A stretch of DNA of 64,000 bases from Candidatus Omnitrophota bacterium (lineage in GTDB: Bacteria; Omnitrophota; Gorgyraeia; Gorgyraeales; Gorgyraeaceae), in NCBI GenBank assembly GCA_018819285.1, contig JAHJQM010000010.1, forward strand, positions 10,930 to 74,929, in the 5' to 3' direction. The notes beneath the pieces were generated by a model, which was not told the origin of the DNA, searched no databases, and saw only the letters and a program-made list of their open reading frames with translations. The translations under genes and the position numbers were made by a program. The first letter of the stretch is position 1. The number at the start of each line of letters is the position of its first letter. Shown here in pieces: positions 39,233 through 51,053 of this stretch.

Positions 39233-39862
39233 ATGTTTACTGGGATTATTGAAGAAGTTGGCATTGTAAAAGGGATAAATAAAACCGCGACAGGCGCTTT
39301 ATTGAAGATAAAAGCTAGTAAAGTGCATTCCGACGCTAAAATAGGCGACAGTATTTGCGTAAACGGTTCATGCCTGAGCGTAGTTGAAATCAGCGGGAAT
39401 ATTTTAAGTTTTGATGTAGTACCTGAAACGCTTAAAAGGACTGCTCTGGCCCACTTGAAGATTGATTATTCTGTGAACCTGGAAAGAGGCATTAAGGCTG
39501 ATTCCAGGATTGGCGGCCATTTTCTCACAGGCCATGTGGATTACAAGGGCAGCATTATTGATATATCCAGAAAATCAGAAGGCGTTGGTTTTAAGTTGTC
39601 GCTTCCAAAAGAATATTCCAGTTTTGTGGTTGAAAAAGGCTCTGTGGGACTTGATGGCGTTAGCCTTACAGTGGCAAGCGTGACAAAAGAATATTTTACA
39701 GTATATCTTATACCTCATACACTTAAAAGCACTACGTTTTCTATGAAGAAAAGGGGCGATTTTATAAATGTCGAGACAGATATAATAGGAAAATATATAG
39801 CAAAAGATAAAGCAAAAGCCAGCGACTTCAAGGATATTCTAAAGGAATACGGTTATATGTAA
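39233..39862 (+). CDS. ribE: riboflavin synthase alpha subunit
   Basis: MFTGIIEEVG… and an internal repeat of the lumazine-binding domain; 209 aa. Confidence 0.9.
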   Translation: MFTGIIEEVGIVKGINKTATGALLKIKASKVHSDAKIGDSICVNGSCLSVVEISGNILSFDVVPETLKRTALAHLKIDYSVNLERGIKADSRIGGHFLTGHVDYKGSIIDISRKSEGVGFKLSLPKEYSSFVVEKGSVGLDGVSLTVASVTKEYFTVYLIPHTLKSTTFSMKKRGDFINVETDIIGKYIAKDKAKASDFKDILKEYGYM

Positions 39863-39869
39863 CAAGATA

Positions 39870-40910
39870 ATGCCACGCCGAATATTTGTTAAAATATTTT
39901 TTGGGTTTGTAATATTAGTTGTCATATTTTCCGCGACGGTCTATTTTTTTGCTAAACCTGTTCTTCTCTTTATAGCTCAGAAAGAACTTCATAAGATTTT
40001 CAAAGAAAGCTCTGTTCAGGGCATAAAAGTCACGCTTGATTTCGCGGAATTCCAAAATATAAAGATCAGAGAAAAGATGTTTGATGTGAATATTAAAAAG
40101 GCAAGGGTTTATTATGATCTGCGCTCAATATTGAATAAGGAAATAAATAAAGCAGAAGCTATTGACGTAGATTTGAATTTCTATAAAGACGATATAAAAA
40201 TAAAGGCAAGGGCGTCTTTACAATTAGACATGCCTACGAAGTCTATTGATTACATGAAACTCAATATTTCTTCATGTAAGACTAATTTATTTGAGATAGA
40301 AGGGTTGATTCTAAGCGCATCTCAGGGCCAGGATACAGGAGAATTTTACATAAAAGGGATTAATTACAATAACTTAAAAGTAGCTGATGTCATGGGAAAA
40401 AGCGAGTTAAAAGGCAAGTCCCTGTGTATAAAACCTTTATTAATCAGTTTTCTCGGTGGAAATGTGAAAGGAGAATTTAATATTACATTGGACCAGGATA
40501 TAGATTATAATTTAAGCCTTGATACGCAGGGCATGGAGATAAAGAGATTTGTGGATGATATGAAGCTTAACGAGAAATTTAACATGACAGGGAGATTGGG
40601 TGGCGCGTTTTATCTCTCAGGTAAAGGTCAGGATATAAAAGACATAAAAGGCGATTTTAATACAGATGCCCCAGGTGGCGTATTGATTATAAAGGACAAA
40701 ACGTTTCTTGAGAATGTCGCGAAACAGTCAAACCAGCCGCTTGATATAATAGTGGAAAGTTTCAGGAATTACAATTATAATAATGGGATGATAAAGCTTT
40801 TTATGGAAAGCGGGAATATAGGGCTTGATTTAGAATTAGATGGAAGTTCAGGCAAGCGGAGCCTTGCGGTTATTTTGCATGATTTTAACAAAGGAAAGGA
40901 GAGACAATGA
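39870..40910 (+). CDS. membrane-anchored AsmA/YdbH-like protein (short)
   Basis: N-terminal TM anchor. Genomic pairing with a YdbL/DUF1318 gene as in the ydbH-ynbE-ydbL locus. Weak call. Confidence 0.35.
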   Translation: MPRRIFVKIFFGFVILVVIFSATVYFFAKPVLLFIAQKELHKIFKESSVQGIKVTLDFAEFQNIKIREKMFDVNIKKARVYYDLRSILNKEINKAEAIDVDLNFYKDDIKIKARASLQLDMPTKSIDYMKLNISSCKTNLFEIEGLILSASQGQDTGEFYIKGINYNNLKVADVMGKSELKGKSLCIKPLLISFLGGNVKGEFNITLDQDIDYNLSLDTQGMEIKRFVDDMKLNEKFNMTGRLGGAFYLSGKGQDIKDIKGDFNTDAPGGVLIIKDKTFLENVAKQSNQPLDIIVESFRNYNYNNGMIKLFMESGNIGLDLELDGSSGKRSLAVILHDFNKGKERQ

Positions 40911-41479
40911 AAAAATTCTGGATAATATTTATTGCGCTGGCCGCGTTTTTTGGTTGCGCTAGAGTAAGGGTGGAAGCGCCAAAGGAGCCGATAAAACTGG
41001 ATATATCAATGAGATTGGATATATATCAGCATGTGGCAAAGGATATTAACGCAATTGAAGACATTGTTTCTGGTAATGAAAAGAAGCCTAGCGGAAGTAA
41101 ACAGGGAACCTGGTTAGATGTATTTATAAGAGACGCTTATGCCCAGGAATCATTCGGGCCTGAGGTCGAGAAAGCAGCTTATAGCCGCAGGGACAGGAAA
41201 AGTGAATTAGATTCATGGGAGGAAAAGGGAGTTATCGGAGAGAGTAAACTTGGCATGGTTGAAATAAGAGGAAGCGCAGATTCTTCAACCAAGGCTTTAA
41301 TTGATGCAGAGAACACAGACCGCATGGTGATATATAACGCCATTGCAACTAAAAACAGGATTTCTATTGAAGAAGTACAGAAAATGTACGCTAAAAAGCT
41401 TCAGGACGGAGCTAACCCTGGAACACCTATAGAAACTTTAAATGAATCCACGGGCCAGTATGAGTGGAAGGTAAAATGA
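40907..41479 (+). CDS. YdbL/DUF1318-family lipoprotein
   Basis: Signal peptide with Cys (FFGC). C-terminal …ENTDRMVIYNAIA…IEEVQK… motif typical of DUF1318. Confidence 0.5.
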   Translation: MKKFWIIFIALAAFFGCARVRVEAPKEPIKLDISMRLDIYQHVAKDINAIEDIVSGNEKKPSGSKQGTWLDVFIRDAYAQESFGPEVEKAAYSRRDRKSELDSWEEKGVIGESKLGMVEIRGSADSSTKALIDAENTDRMVIYNAIATKNRISIEEVQKMYAKKLQDGANPGTPIETLNESTGQYEWKVK

Positions 41480-42516
41480 TAATAATAGTTAATTTAGTAG
41501 GTTTTTTTATTATAGCTATCCTGATGTTATTTTTTAATAAAAAGGCCAGAGAGTCTGCATTAAAGGAGAACGAAGAAAAGATAAATGTTCTTCGTCGCGA
41601 ATGGGGCGATACGCTTTCTAAGAACACAGAGCTTATTTTAAAACAGCTTAATGAAAGCGCCAAGGTCCAGCAGATAGTAAGCTCCGGCATGGGAGAGAGG
41701 CTTGATAACGCGACAAAGGTTTTCGGCGATGTGAAAAAAAGCCTTGGTTCCCTGGATGAAAAAACCCAGCAGATTTACGAGGTTGGCAAGGATATAGCGA
41801 GTTTACAGGAAATACTCAAGGCCCCTAAGATGAGGGGCGGGCTTGGAGAACTGTTTTTAGAGTCGCTTCTTGAGCAGATAATGCCTTATAAGGATTTTTA
41901 TGAGCTTCAGTATTGTTTCAAGACAGGCGAAAGAGTGGATGCTGCCATCAAGATAGGCAGCAGGCTTGTGCCTGTGGATTCAAAATTTCCACTCGAGAGT
42001 TTTAAACGTTTTGTGGAAGTGACAGGCGATGAGGATAAAAAACGCGCGAAAAGGGAATTTATAAAAGCTGTAAAGACACATATAGATGACATTGCAGCTA
42101 AATATATACTTCCTGACGAAGGTACTTATGATTTTGCCCTTATGTACATACCTGCGGAAAATGTGTATTATGAGACGATCATAAAAGACGAGGTCTTCGG
42201 AGAAGAAAAATCCATATTCAGCCATGCCATATCCAAAAAAGTAATACCTGTATCTCCGAATAGTTTTTATGCGTATCTGCAGGTTATTATCCTTGGCATG
42301 AAAGGGTTGAAGGTAGAAGAAAAGGCGCAGGAAGTGATCAAGATGCTTATTACCTTGAAAGGCTCTCTTGGAAAATTCACAGAGGATTTTGAGATAATAG
42401 GGACTCATCTTGATAATATAAAATCAAGTTATGAAAGGGCAGTAAAAAGTTTAGATAAATTCGAAGACAAGCTACTCTCAGTGGATTCACTGGAAGAAAA
42501 GAAAAAGTTAACTTGA
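41464..42516 (+). CDS. rmuC: DNA recombination protein RmuC
   Basis: N-terminal TM, coiled coil and a conserved RmuC C-terminal domain (…KMRGGLGELFLE…VPVDSKFP…); 350 aa. Confidence 0.8.
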   Translation: MEGKMIIIVNLVGFFIIAILMLFFNKKARESALKENEEKINVLRREWGDTLSKNTELILKQLNESAKVQQIVSSGMGERLDNATKVFGDVKKSLGSLDEKTQQIYEVGKDIASLQEILKAPKMRGGLGELFLESLLEQIMPYKDFYELQYCFKTGERVDAAIKIGSRLVPVDSKFPLESFKRFVEVTGDEDKKRAKREFIKAVKTHIDDIAAKYILPDEGTYDFALMYIPAENVYYETIIKDEVFGEEKSIFSHAISKKVIPVSPNSFYAYLQVIILGMKGLKVEEKAQEVIKMLITLKGSLGKFTEDFEIIGTHLDNIKSSYERAVKSLDKFEDKLLSVDSLEEKKKLT

Positions 42517-42527
42517 AGTTTTAGCAA

Positions 42528-42562
42528 GGTTTGGAACACGAGGCTGTGCCCCGTTCCAAACC
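42528..42562 (+). terminator. hairpin GGTTTGGAAC-N15-GTTCCAAACC after rmuC
   Basis: Seen in sequence; 10-bp stem. No strong T-tract, so terminator function is tentative. Confidence 0.4.
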
Positions 42563-42600
42563 TGTATGAAGCTTTTAAAAATATCCACTTAGATTTGGAA

Positions 42601-42677
42601 CGGGGAGTAGCGCAGTTGGCTTAGCGCGCTTGCTTCGGGAGCAAGAGGCCGGCGGTTCGAATCCGCCCTCCCCGACC
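42601..42677 (+). tRNA. tRNA-Pro (anticodon CGG)
   Basis: Cloverleaf folded by hand: acceptor CGGGGAG/CTCCCCG, D-arm GCGC…GCGC, anticodon stem CTTGC/GCAAG with loop TTCGGGA, T-arm GGCGG-TTCGAAT-CCGCC, discriminator A and encoded CCA. Confidence 0.8.
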
Positions 42678-42749
42678 ACTCTAAAAATTACCCCTTAATC
42701 AAGTATAATATTACCCGGAATAAAGAGGTAATCCAGAGAAAAGGGTTGC

Positions 42750-45040
<2,291 letters not shown>

Positions 45041-45102
45041 CTAACTTTACAAATTGTGCCTGGCACGAATTGTAAAGTTAGAAAGATAGGGAAGGGAGTT
45101 AT

Positions 45103-45597
45103 ATGGTAAAAAATGCATGGATACAGAAATCTATTATAGTTGTTTTGTGCATATGTATTGCAGGGTGCGCGGGGATGCAGAGAAAGTTTACGCGTAAAAA
45201 ACAGCAGGAGGAAAAGCCGTTACCTATTGTTACTACATATGATTATCCAATAGAGCAGAGGGTGGACGAACTTTATAAAAAACGGTTTTTATTCTGGAAA
45301 TCATGGCAAGGGGAATTGATTTACAGGATGGACGACTCTTATAAAAAAAGAACAGAGTGTTATAATGAACTAATGCAGAATTTACTGGAGATGCAGAAAT
45401 ATCTTAATGACGAAAAATATAAAGAGCTGGAAGGTTTTATGGTAGAAATAAAATCAGTAGACCCTGATGTTAAAAAGATAAATTTGACAAACAGCGAGAA
45501 ATACAGAATTACGCAGGTTTTAGAGAAGACAAAACGGCTTATAGATAAAAGATTTTCGTATAGCCACATAAAGGATTTTCTCCAGTTAAGGAAATAA
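45103..45597 (+). CDS. hypothetical lipoprotein
   Basis: Signal peptide with lipobox IAGC; no recognisable domain; 164 aa. Confidence 0.45.
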   Translation: MVKNAWIQKSIIVVLCICIAGCAGMQRKFTRKKQQEEKPLPIVTTYDYPIEQRVDELYKKRFLFWKSWQGELIYRMDDSYKKRTECYNELMQNLLEMQKYLNDEKYKELEGFMVEIKSVDPDVKKINLTNSEKYRITQVLEKTKRLIDKRFSYSHIKDFLQLRK

Positions 45598-45600
45598 AAA

Positions 45601-46209
45601 GTGCTTATCAAGAAAATAGTCGTAGGGCCTCTGGAATCAAATTGTTATCTCGTAGGCGATGAGCATACAAAAGAGATTTTTGTAATAGACCCAGGCGGAG
45701 ATTACAAGGAAATTAAAAGCGTTATAGATAAATACAGCCTGAAACCAAAAGCTGTTATAAATACCCACGGCCATGGAGACCATATAGGCGCCAATAAGGA
45801 GTTCAGTATTCCTGTATGGATACACCGGCTGGACGCTGATTTTTTGATGGATCCTTCTAAAAATCTGTCAGGCGCATTTGGATTTCTTCTTAAAACAAAA
45901 TCTGCTTCAAGATTATTAGAAGATGGGGATATGCTAGATATAGGTAAATATAACCTTGAGGTTATCCACACCCCTGGACATACGCCAGGCTCTATTTGCC
46001 TGAAGGGCGCTGGAGTGATTCTCACAGGAGATACGCTTTTTTGCCAAGGCATAGGCAGGACTGATTTTACATACGGCTCGGAGGAAGATATTACAAGCTC
46101 TATAAAAGAAAAATTGTTCACGCTGGATGATGATTATGTTATTTATCCAGGCCATGGGCCGAGTTCTACGATAGGAAACGAAAAGATTAATAACCCATTT
46201 ATTTTATAA
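45601..46209 (+). CDS. MBL-fold metallo-hydrolase (GTG start)
   Basis: THGHGDHIG metal-binding motif; glyoxalase-II-like; 202 aa. Confidence 0.75.
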   Translation: MLIKKIVVGPLESNCYLVGDEHTKEIFVIDPGGDYKEIKSVIDKYSLKPKAVINTHGHGDHIGANKEFSIPVWIHRLDADFLMDPSKNLSGAFGFLLKTKSASRLLEDGDMLDIGKYNLEVIHTPGHTPGSICLKGAGVILTGDTLFCQGIGRTDFTYGSEEDITSSIKEKLFTLDDDYVIYPGHGPSSTIGNEKINNPFIL

Positions 46210-46221
46210 CTTCTGATCCAT

Positions 46222-47109
46222 ATGGATGAATTAATAGAGCAATTTTTGAGTTATATATCTGTTGAAAAGGGAATGGCGAATAATACACTCAGTTCCTATA
46301 AAAGAGATCTTTGTAAATTCGCTGGTTATTTAAAATCAAAAAAGATTGATTCCATAGATAAGGTCTCCAGGCAGATGATAAATTCATTTATGATGGCTGA
46401 AAAGGACAGGGGGCTCGCTTCTAATTCGGTTTCAAGGGAACTTGCGTGCATAAAGAGTTTTTTTAAGTTTCTTTTAAAGGAAAATATAATCAAAGAGAAC
46501 GCAACAACTATTATAGAATCCCCCAAATTATGGAAAAAACTTCCATTTACTCTGAGCGTGAGCGAGGTTGAGACCTTGTTGAATGCCCCGAATGTCAGAG
46601 ATCTCATGGAGATGAGAGATAAGGCTTGCCTGGAGCTTATGTATGCTACAGGTATGAGAGTTTCAGAGCTTGTAAACCTTAAAATGGATGATATTAATAT
46701 GGGGGTTGGTTTTGCAAAATGTTTTGGAAAAGGCTCAAAGGAAAGGATAGTGCCTTTTGGCAGAAAGGCAAAAGAAAGCTTAGATAGGTATCTGGAAAAA
46801 TCCAGGCCGCAATTTTTGAAAAAGAGTATTTCAAATTATTTATTTTTAACCAGGTTATCTAAGCCTATGTCGCGCCAGACATTCTGGAAGATTATAAAAA
46901 GATATGTAAAGGTAGCCAGGATTAAAAAAAATATTACACCTCATAGCTTAAGGCATTCTTTTGCAACGCACATACTTGAGAGAGGCGCTGACCTGAGAAT
47001 AGTGCAAGAGATGCTTGGGCATGCAGATATCTCTACCACGCAGATTTATACGCATGTAAGTAAAGACAGGTTGAAATCGATTCACCAGAAGTATCATCCT
47101 AGACCATAA
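46222..47109 (+). CDS. xerD: site-specific tyrosine recombinase XerD/XerC
   Basis: N-terminal SAM-like domain (…SYKRDL…) and C-terminal catalytic R…HxxR…Y (HSLRHSFATHIL…IYTHV); 295 aa. Confidence 0.8.
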   Translation: MDELIEQFLSYISVEKGMANNTLSSYKRDLCKFAGYLKSKKIDSIDKVSRQMINSFMMAEKDRGLASNSVSRELACIKSFFKFLLKENIIKENATTIIESPKLWKKLPFTLSVSEVETLLNAPNVRDLMEMRDKACLELMYATGMRVSELVNLKMDDINMGVGFAKCFGKGSKERIVPFGRKAKESLDRYLEKSRPQFLKKSISNYLFLTRLSKPMSRQTFWKIIKRYVKVARIKKNITPHSLRHSFATHILERGADLRIVQEMLGHADISTTQIYTHVSKDRLKSIHQKYHPRP

Positions 47110-47139
47110 AAATACACCTCCAGAGGCGGTGAGGTCCAT

Positions 47140-47781
47140 ATGGCTGACATTTTAAAATCTATACGAAGTTATTTTGAGATGGAAAGGGAAAACGGTATAT
47201 CCGAATATCTTTTTTCATCCAAGTCAAAGGATATCCAGCTGTCTTTGGTTAAAAACCAAGTATTGAATTGCCAGAAATGTCCGTTGGGAAAGATGCGGAC
47301 AAATAGCGTATTTGGTTCAGGCAATATAAACGCAAAGCTCGTATTTGTCGGAGAGGCGCCTGGCCGTGACGAAGATATACAAGGCATACCTTTTGTAGGA
47401 GAGGCCGGCATGCTTCTCACAAAAATAATAGAGGCAATGGGCATTAAAAGAGACGATGTTTATATTTGTAATATTTTAAAATGCCGGCCACCACAAAATA
47501 GAAATCCATTGCCAGAAGAAATCTCTATATGCATAGACTATCTTTACGCTCAGATAGATATGATAAAGCCAAAGATAATATGCGGGCTTGGAAAATTTGC
47601 CAGCCAGACCCTTCTCGGAACAGAGGCGCCTATAAGTAAGCTCAGAGGCAACTGGCGCGAATATAGAGGAATAAAATTTATGCCTACATATCATCCCGCA
47701 TATCTTCTGCGTAATCCCGGGGATAAGAAATTGGTATGGGGAGATATGAAAAAGATAATAGAAGCGTTGAAAGACCACTAA
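47140..47781 (+). CDS. uracil-DNA glycosylase, family 4
   Basis: CxxCPL…, GEAPG and PFVGxAG motifs; 213 aa. Confidence 0.8.
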   Translation: MADILKSIRSYFEMERENGISEYLFSSKSKDIQLSLVKNQVLNCQKCPLGKMRTNSVFGSGNINAKLVFVGEAPGRDEDIQGIPFVGEAGMLLTKIIEAMGIKRDDVYICNILKCRPPQNRNPLPEEISICIDYLYAQIDMIKPKIICGLGKFASQTLLGTEAPISKLRGNWREYRGIKFMPTYHPAYLLRNPGDKKLVWGDMKKIIEALKDH

Positions 47782-47788
47782 TGGAGAA

Positions 47789-47834
47789 GACCAGGACTTG
47801 AGCACAGTAATTGCTGTGCTCAAGACCTGGTCTT
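47789..47834 (+). repeat. 20-bp-stem palindrome AGACCAGGACTTGAGCACAG-TAATTG-CTGTGCTCAAGACCTGGTCT (family 2, copy 2)
   Basis: Seen in sequence between udg and priA. Shares its core with 5708-5744. Confidence 0.85.
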
Positions 47835-47842
47835 GTGAAGAG

Positions 47843-49846
47843 ATGTATGCAGATATAGTTATTAACCGGCCCATAGAAAGGCCTTTTACATATTCTATCC
47901 CGGAATCTCTTAAGGAGGATATTAAGATAGGGAGTATAGTAGAGGTGTCTTTTGGAAACAAGGTAGTTACGGGTTATGTGGTAGGGCTTTCTGATGAATG
48001 CGACATAGAAAAAATTAAGCCTATAAATAGTATTTTTGATAAAACCCTGTGTGTAGATTCCAAGATGCTGGAGCTTACAAAATGGATTTCAACGTATTAT
48101 TATTCTTCCTGGGGAGAGTCGATCTCAGCAGCTATTCCCAGCGTTCTTAAAAAAGGCGCCTCCGGGAAAAGACAAAGAAAAGAAAAACACAATGAAGAAG
48201 AAAAGGAGTTTGAATTTATAGACGGCTCTGATAAGCATCTTATGCCCAATGAAGAACAAAAGCTCGCGCTCGATTGCATAACGAATTCAATAGATGCCAG
48301 GATTCACAGGGTTTTTCTTCTGCATGGCGTAACAGGAAGCGGAAAAACAGAGGTTTATCTTCAATCAATAGCCCATGCCTTAGAGCTCGGGCTTTCCAGC
48401 ATAATACTTGTTCCTGAGATTTCGCTTACGCCGCAGACCGTAGCGCGCTTCAAAGCAAGATTCGGGGATAAAATAGCAGTATTGCATTCAAGGCTTCTCG
48501 GGTCCAAGCGTATTTCTGAATGGCATAGAATAAGTTCAGGCGCAGCCCAGATTGTTATAGGGCCGCGCTCAGCTGTATTTGCGCCTCTTAAAAATCTAGG
48601 GCTGATAGTCGTAGACGAGGAACACGAGACATCTTATAAACAGGAGGATGTGCCCAGGTATAACGCAAGGGACGTGGCAATAAAAAGGGCGGAGCTTTCA
48701 AAAGCTATTGTAATACTGGGGAGCGCCACCCCGTCATTAGAATCTTTTTATGCAGCTAAAAATGGAAAATTTACTCTTATAGAACTCCCTGAAAGGATAG
48801 ATTCCAGGCTTTTACCGGCAGTAGATATAGTAGACATGCGGGAGGAGATGACAAGGGCCAAGAAGATCCCTATATTTTCGCAGAAACTTAAAGAATGGAT
48901 AGAGAAGGATATAGCTGAGAAAAAACAGGTCATACTTTTTTTAAATAGGCGCGGCTTCTCAACATTCATAAATTGCAGAAAATGCGGATATGTCATTAAA
49001 TGCAAACGCTGCAGCGTCAGCCTCACGTATCATTTTGATAAGAAAAAACTTGTGTGCCACCATTGTAATTTTAATATGGCTCCTCCTGAAATCTGTCCTG
49101 AATGTAACGCTAGCTATTTAAAATACTGGGGCCTTGGCACAGAAAAGGTTGAAAGCGAAGCCCACAGGCTTTTTCCGCAAGCCTCTATAGCGCGCATGGA
49201 TACTGACGCTACCCACAAGCGCGGCGCGCACAATAAGATACTTTTAAAGTTTAAAGACGCTCATCTGGATATTCTAATAGGCACTCAGATGATAGCCAAA
49301 GGCCTGGATTTTCCAAAGGTTACGCTTGTCGGAGTTATATCAGCTGACACAGCTTTAAATCTTCCTGATTTCAGGTCAGCTGAGCGCACATTTAATTTAT
49401 TGACGCAAGTTGCAGGCCGCGCTGGAAGGGGCGATCTGGGAGGCAGGGTAATAATACAGAGTTATACGCCTGGGCATTATTCAATCCAGGCATCTAAAAA
49501 TCATGATTACAATACGTTTTACGACAAAGAGATATCACTGCGAAAAGAACTATATCTTCCGCCATTCTGCCATATGGTTAGCTTGACCCTTAGGGGCAGA
49601 AAAGAAGAAAGGGTTTTTAAGGCAAGCTATAATTTAAAGTCCAGCCTTGAAAAAGAAACAAAATCTAAAAATATAGAAATCTTAGGGCCTGCGCCTGCTC
49701 CGATTTCAAAGATGAAGGGCATGTACAGGTGGAGCATATTTTTAAGGTCAGAAACCGCAGGAGATATTACATCTATTTTGAAAAAGGCGCTGGATAAGAA
49801 TAAAAACTCAGGAATTATTATAACAGTGGATGTGGACCCGTCTTAA
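47843..49846 (+). CDS. priA: primosomal protein N' (PriA helicase)
   Basis: Walker A GVTGSGKTEVY, DEEH, Cys-rich zinc region (CRKCGY…CKRC…CHHC…CPEC); 668 aa from the ATG at 47843. Confidence 0.9.
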   Translation: MYADIVINRPIERPFTYSIPESLKEDIKIGSIVEVSFGNKVVTGYVVGLSDECDIEKIKPINSIFDKTLCVDSKMLELTKWISTYYYSSWGESISAAIPSVLKKGASGKRQRKEKHNEEEKEFEFIDGSDKHLMPNEEQKLALDCITNSIDARIHRVFLLHGVTGSGKTEVYLQSIAHALELGLSSIILVPEISLTPQTVARFKARFGDKIAVLHSRLLGSKRISEWHRISSGAAQIVIGPRSAVFAPLKNLGLIVVDEEHETSYKQEDVPRYNARDVAIKRAELSKAIVILGSATPSLESFYAAKNGKFTLIELPERIDSRLLPAVDIVDMREEMTRAKKIPIFSQKLKEWIEKDIAEKKQVILFLNRRGFSTFINCRKCGYVIKCKRCSVSLTYHFDKKKLVCHHCNFNMAPPEICPECNASYLKYWGLGTEKVESEAHRLFPQASIARMDTDATHKRGAHNKILLKFKDAHLDILIGTQMIAKGLDFPKVTLVGVISADTALNLPDFRSAERTFNLLTQVAGRAGRGDLGGRVIIQSYTPGHYSIQASKNHDYNTFYDKEISLRKELYLPPFCHMVSLTLRGRKEERVFKASYNLKSSLEKETKSKNIEILGPAPAPISKMKGMYRWSIFLRSETAGDITSILKKALDKNKNSGIIITVDVDPS

Positions 49847-50415
49847 TTTCCGAATTCGCGTTTGAGGGTTCCAAGGGCATCAAGGTTTTTGAAGGATTTC
49901 AGGACTTCTGTGTCGTTAGGGTTTATTTTAAGCGCTGATTCGTAAGTTGCTTTAGCATTGCGATAGTCTTCTTTTTTTACGTATAACTCTCCAAGTTTTT
50001 TAAGCGTGTCTATATCTTTTGGATTCGCCAGTTTCGCCTCTTCCAGATTATTTATTGCGTGGAGCAGCATTCCTTTTTTATAAAATATATCAGCTATATT
50101 TTTTAATGTTTCAAAGTCATTGGGGTTAGAAGCCATTATCTTTTCAAGTAACTCAAGGCATCCTGGCATATTGCCTTTTTTCAACATGCCATTAGCCTGC
50201 ATTGAAAGAAAAAATTTATTTACTGAACTGGCAATAGAAGGTTTAGAACCTTCTGCTTTCTTTTGAAGCGAAAGGTGCAGATAGCGCCTGGCTTCCAGGT
50301 GGTCGTATCGGGCTGATAGTATCTGAGAAAATAGCTCAATGGCGTAATCGTAATTTTGCTTTTCAAATGCCAGAAGCCCTTTATTGTAAAATTCTTTTAA
50401 TTCCTTTTCATCCAT
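49843..50415 (-). CDS. TPR-repeat protein
   Basis: About five TPR-like 34-aa units; 190 aa; convergent with priA. Confidence 0.55.
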   Translation of the reverse strand: MDEKELKEFYNKGLLAFEKQNYDYAIELFSQILSARYDHLEARRYLHLSLQKKAEGSKPSIASSVNKFFLSMQANGMLKKGNMPGCLELLEKIMASNPNDFETLKNIADIFYKKGMLLHAINNLEEAKLANPKDIDTLKKLGELYVKKEDYRNAKATYESALKINPNDTEVLKSFKNLDALGTLKREFGN

Positions 50416-50484
50416 ATGAAACAATTCTACATTAAGGTTATATGATTGTCAAGATGGAAGAGGTATGGTAAAATAAAAAAGCAT

Positions 50485-50991
50485 ATGGCAAAGTTAGAAA
50501 TAAAAATATATCCAGACCCGGCGTTACGGAAGAAAGCCAGGCAGGCAGGAAAAGTAGGCAACGATGAGCGCAAGCTTGCTTATGATATGATAGAGACAAT
50601 GCGCTCTAGCAATGGGGTTGGCCTGGCAGCTCCTCAGGTAGGCATCAGTAAGCGCATTATAGTTGTAGAAGATATGGTTGGAAATAATAAGATAGCCTTA
50701 ACCTTAATTAATCCTAAGATAACCCAGAAAAAAGGAAAGGTAAAGTTTTGCGAAGGCTGTTTGAGTTTACCAGGCGTTTCCAGCGATGTTATAAGGCCTG
50801 AGTTTATTACAGTAGAGGCGCTTAATCTTGACGGAGATATGTTTAAGATAAACGCAGAAGGCCTTCTTGCCAGGATAATACAGCACGAAACAGATCATCT
50901 GGACGGAATACTTTTTGTAGACAAGATAGGATTTTTGAAGCGCAAGAAGATTATCAAGCAGTTTGGCGCGAAGGTCTGTATGGAATTTTAA
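50485..50991 (+). CDS. def: peptide deformylase
   Basis: GVGLAAPQVG, EGCLS and HETDHLDG motifs. ATG at 50485 (MAKLEIKIYPDP…). Confidence 0.85.
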   Translation: MAKLEIKIYPDPALRKKARQAGKVGNDERKLAYDMIETMRSSNGVGLAAPQVGISKRIIVVEDMVGNNKIALTLINPKITQKKGKVKFCEGCLSLPGVSSDVIRPEFITVEALNLDGDMFKINAEGLLARIIQHETDHLDGILFVDKIGFLKRKKIIKQFGAKVCMEF

Positions 50992-50993
50992 AT

Positions 50994-51028
50994 AAGTTGA
51001 CACTCTGACATTGTCAGAGTGTCAACTT
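50994..51028 (+). repeat. REP-like palindromic hairpin element, copy F (consensus)
   Basis: AAGTTGACACTCTGACATTGTCAGAGTGTCAACTT immediately after the def stop. Confidence 0.9.
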
Positions 51029-51053
51029 ATAATACATTAATTCATAGGGGACT

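Noticed and set aside
46222-47109. The tyrosine recombinase gene as a marker of an integrated element near tRNA-Pro
   Set aside because: It is a full-length XerC/XerD-type protein embedded among housekeeping genes (ligA, udg, priA, def, fmt). It has no flanking direct repeats, cargo genes or att-like duplication of the tRNA 3' end, so it is best read as the chromosomal dimer-resolution recombinase.
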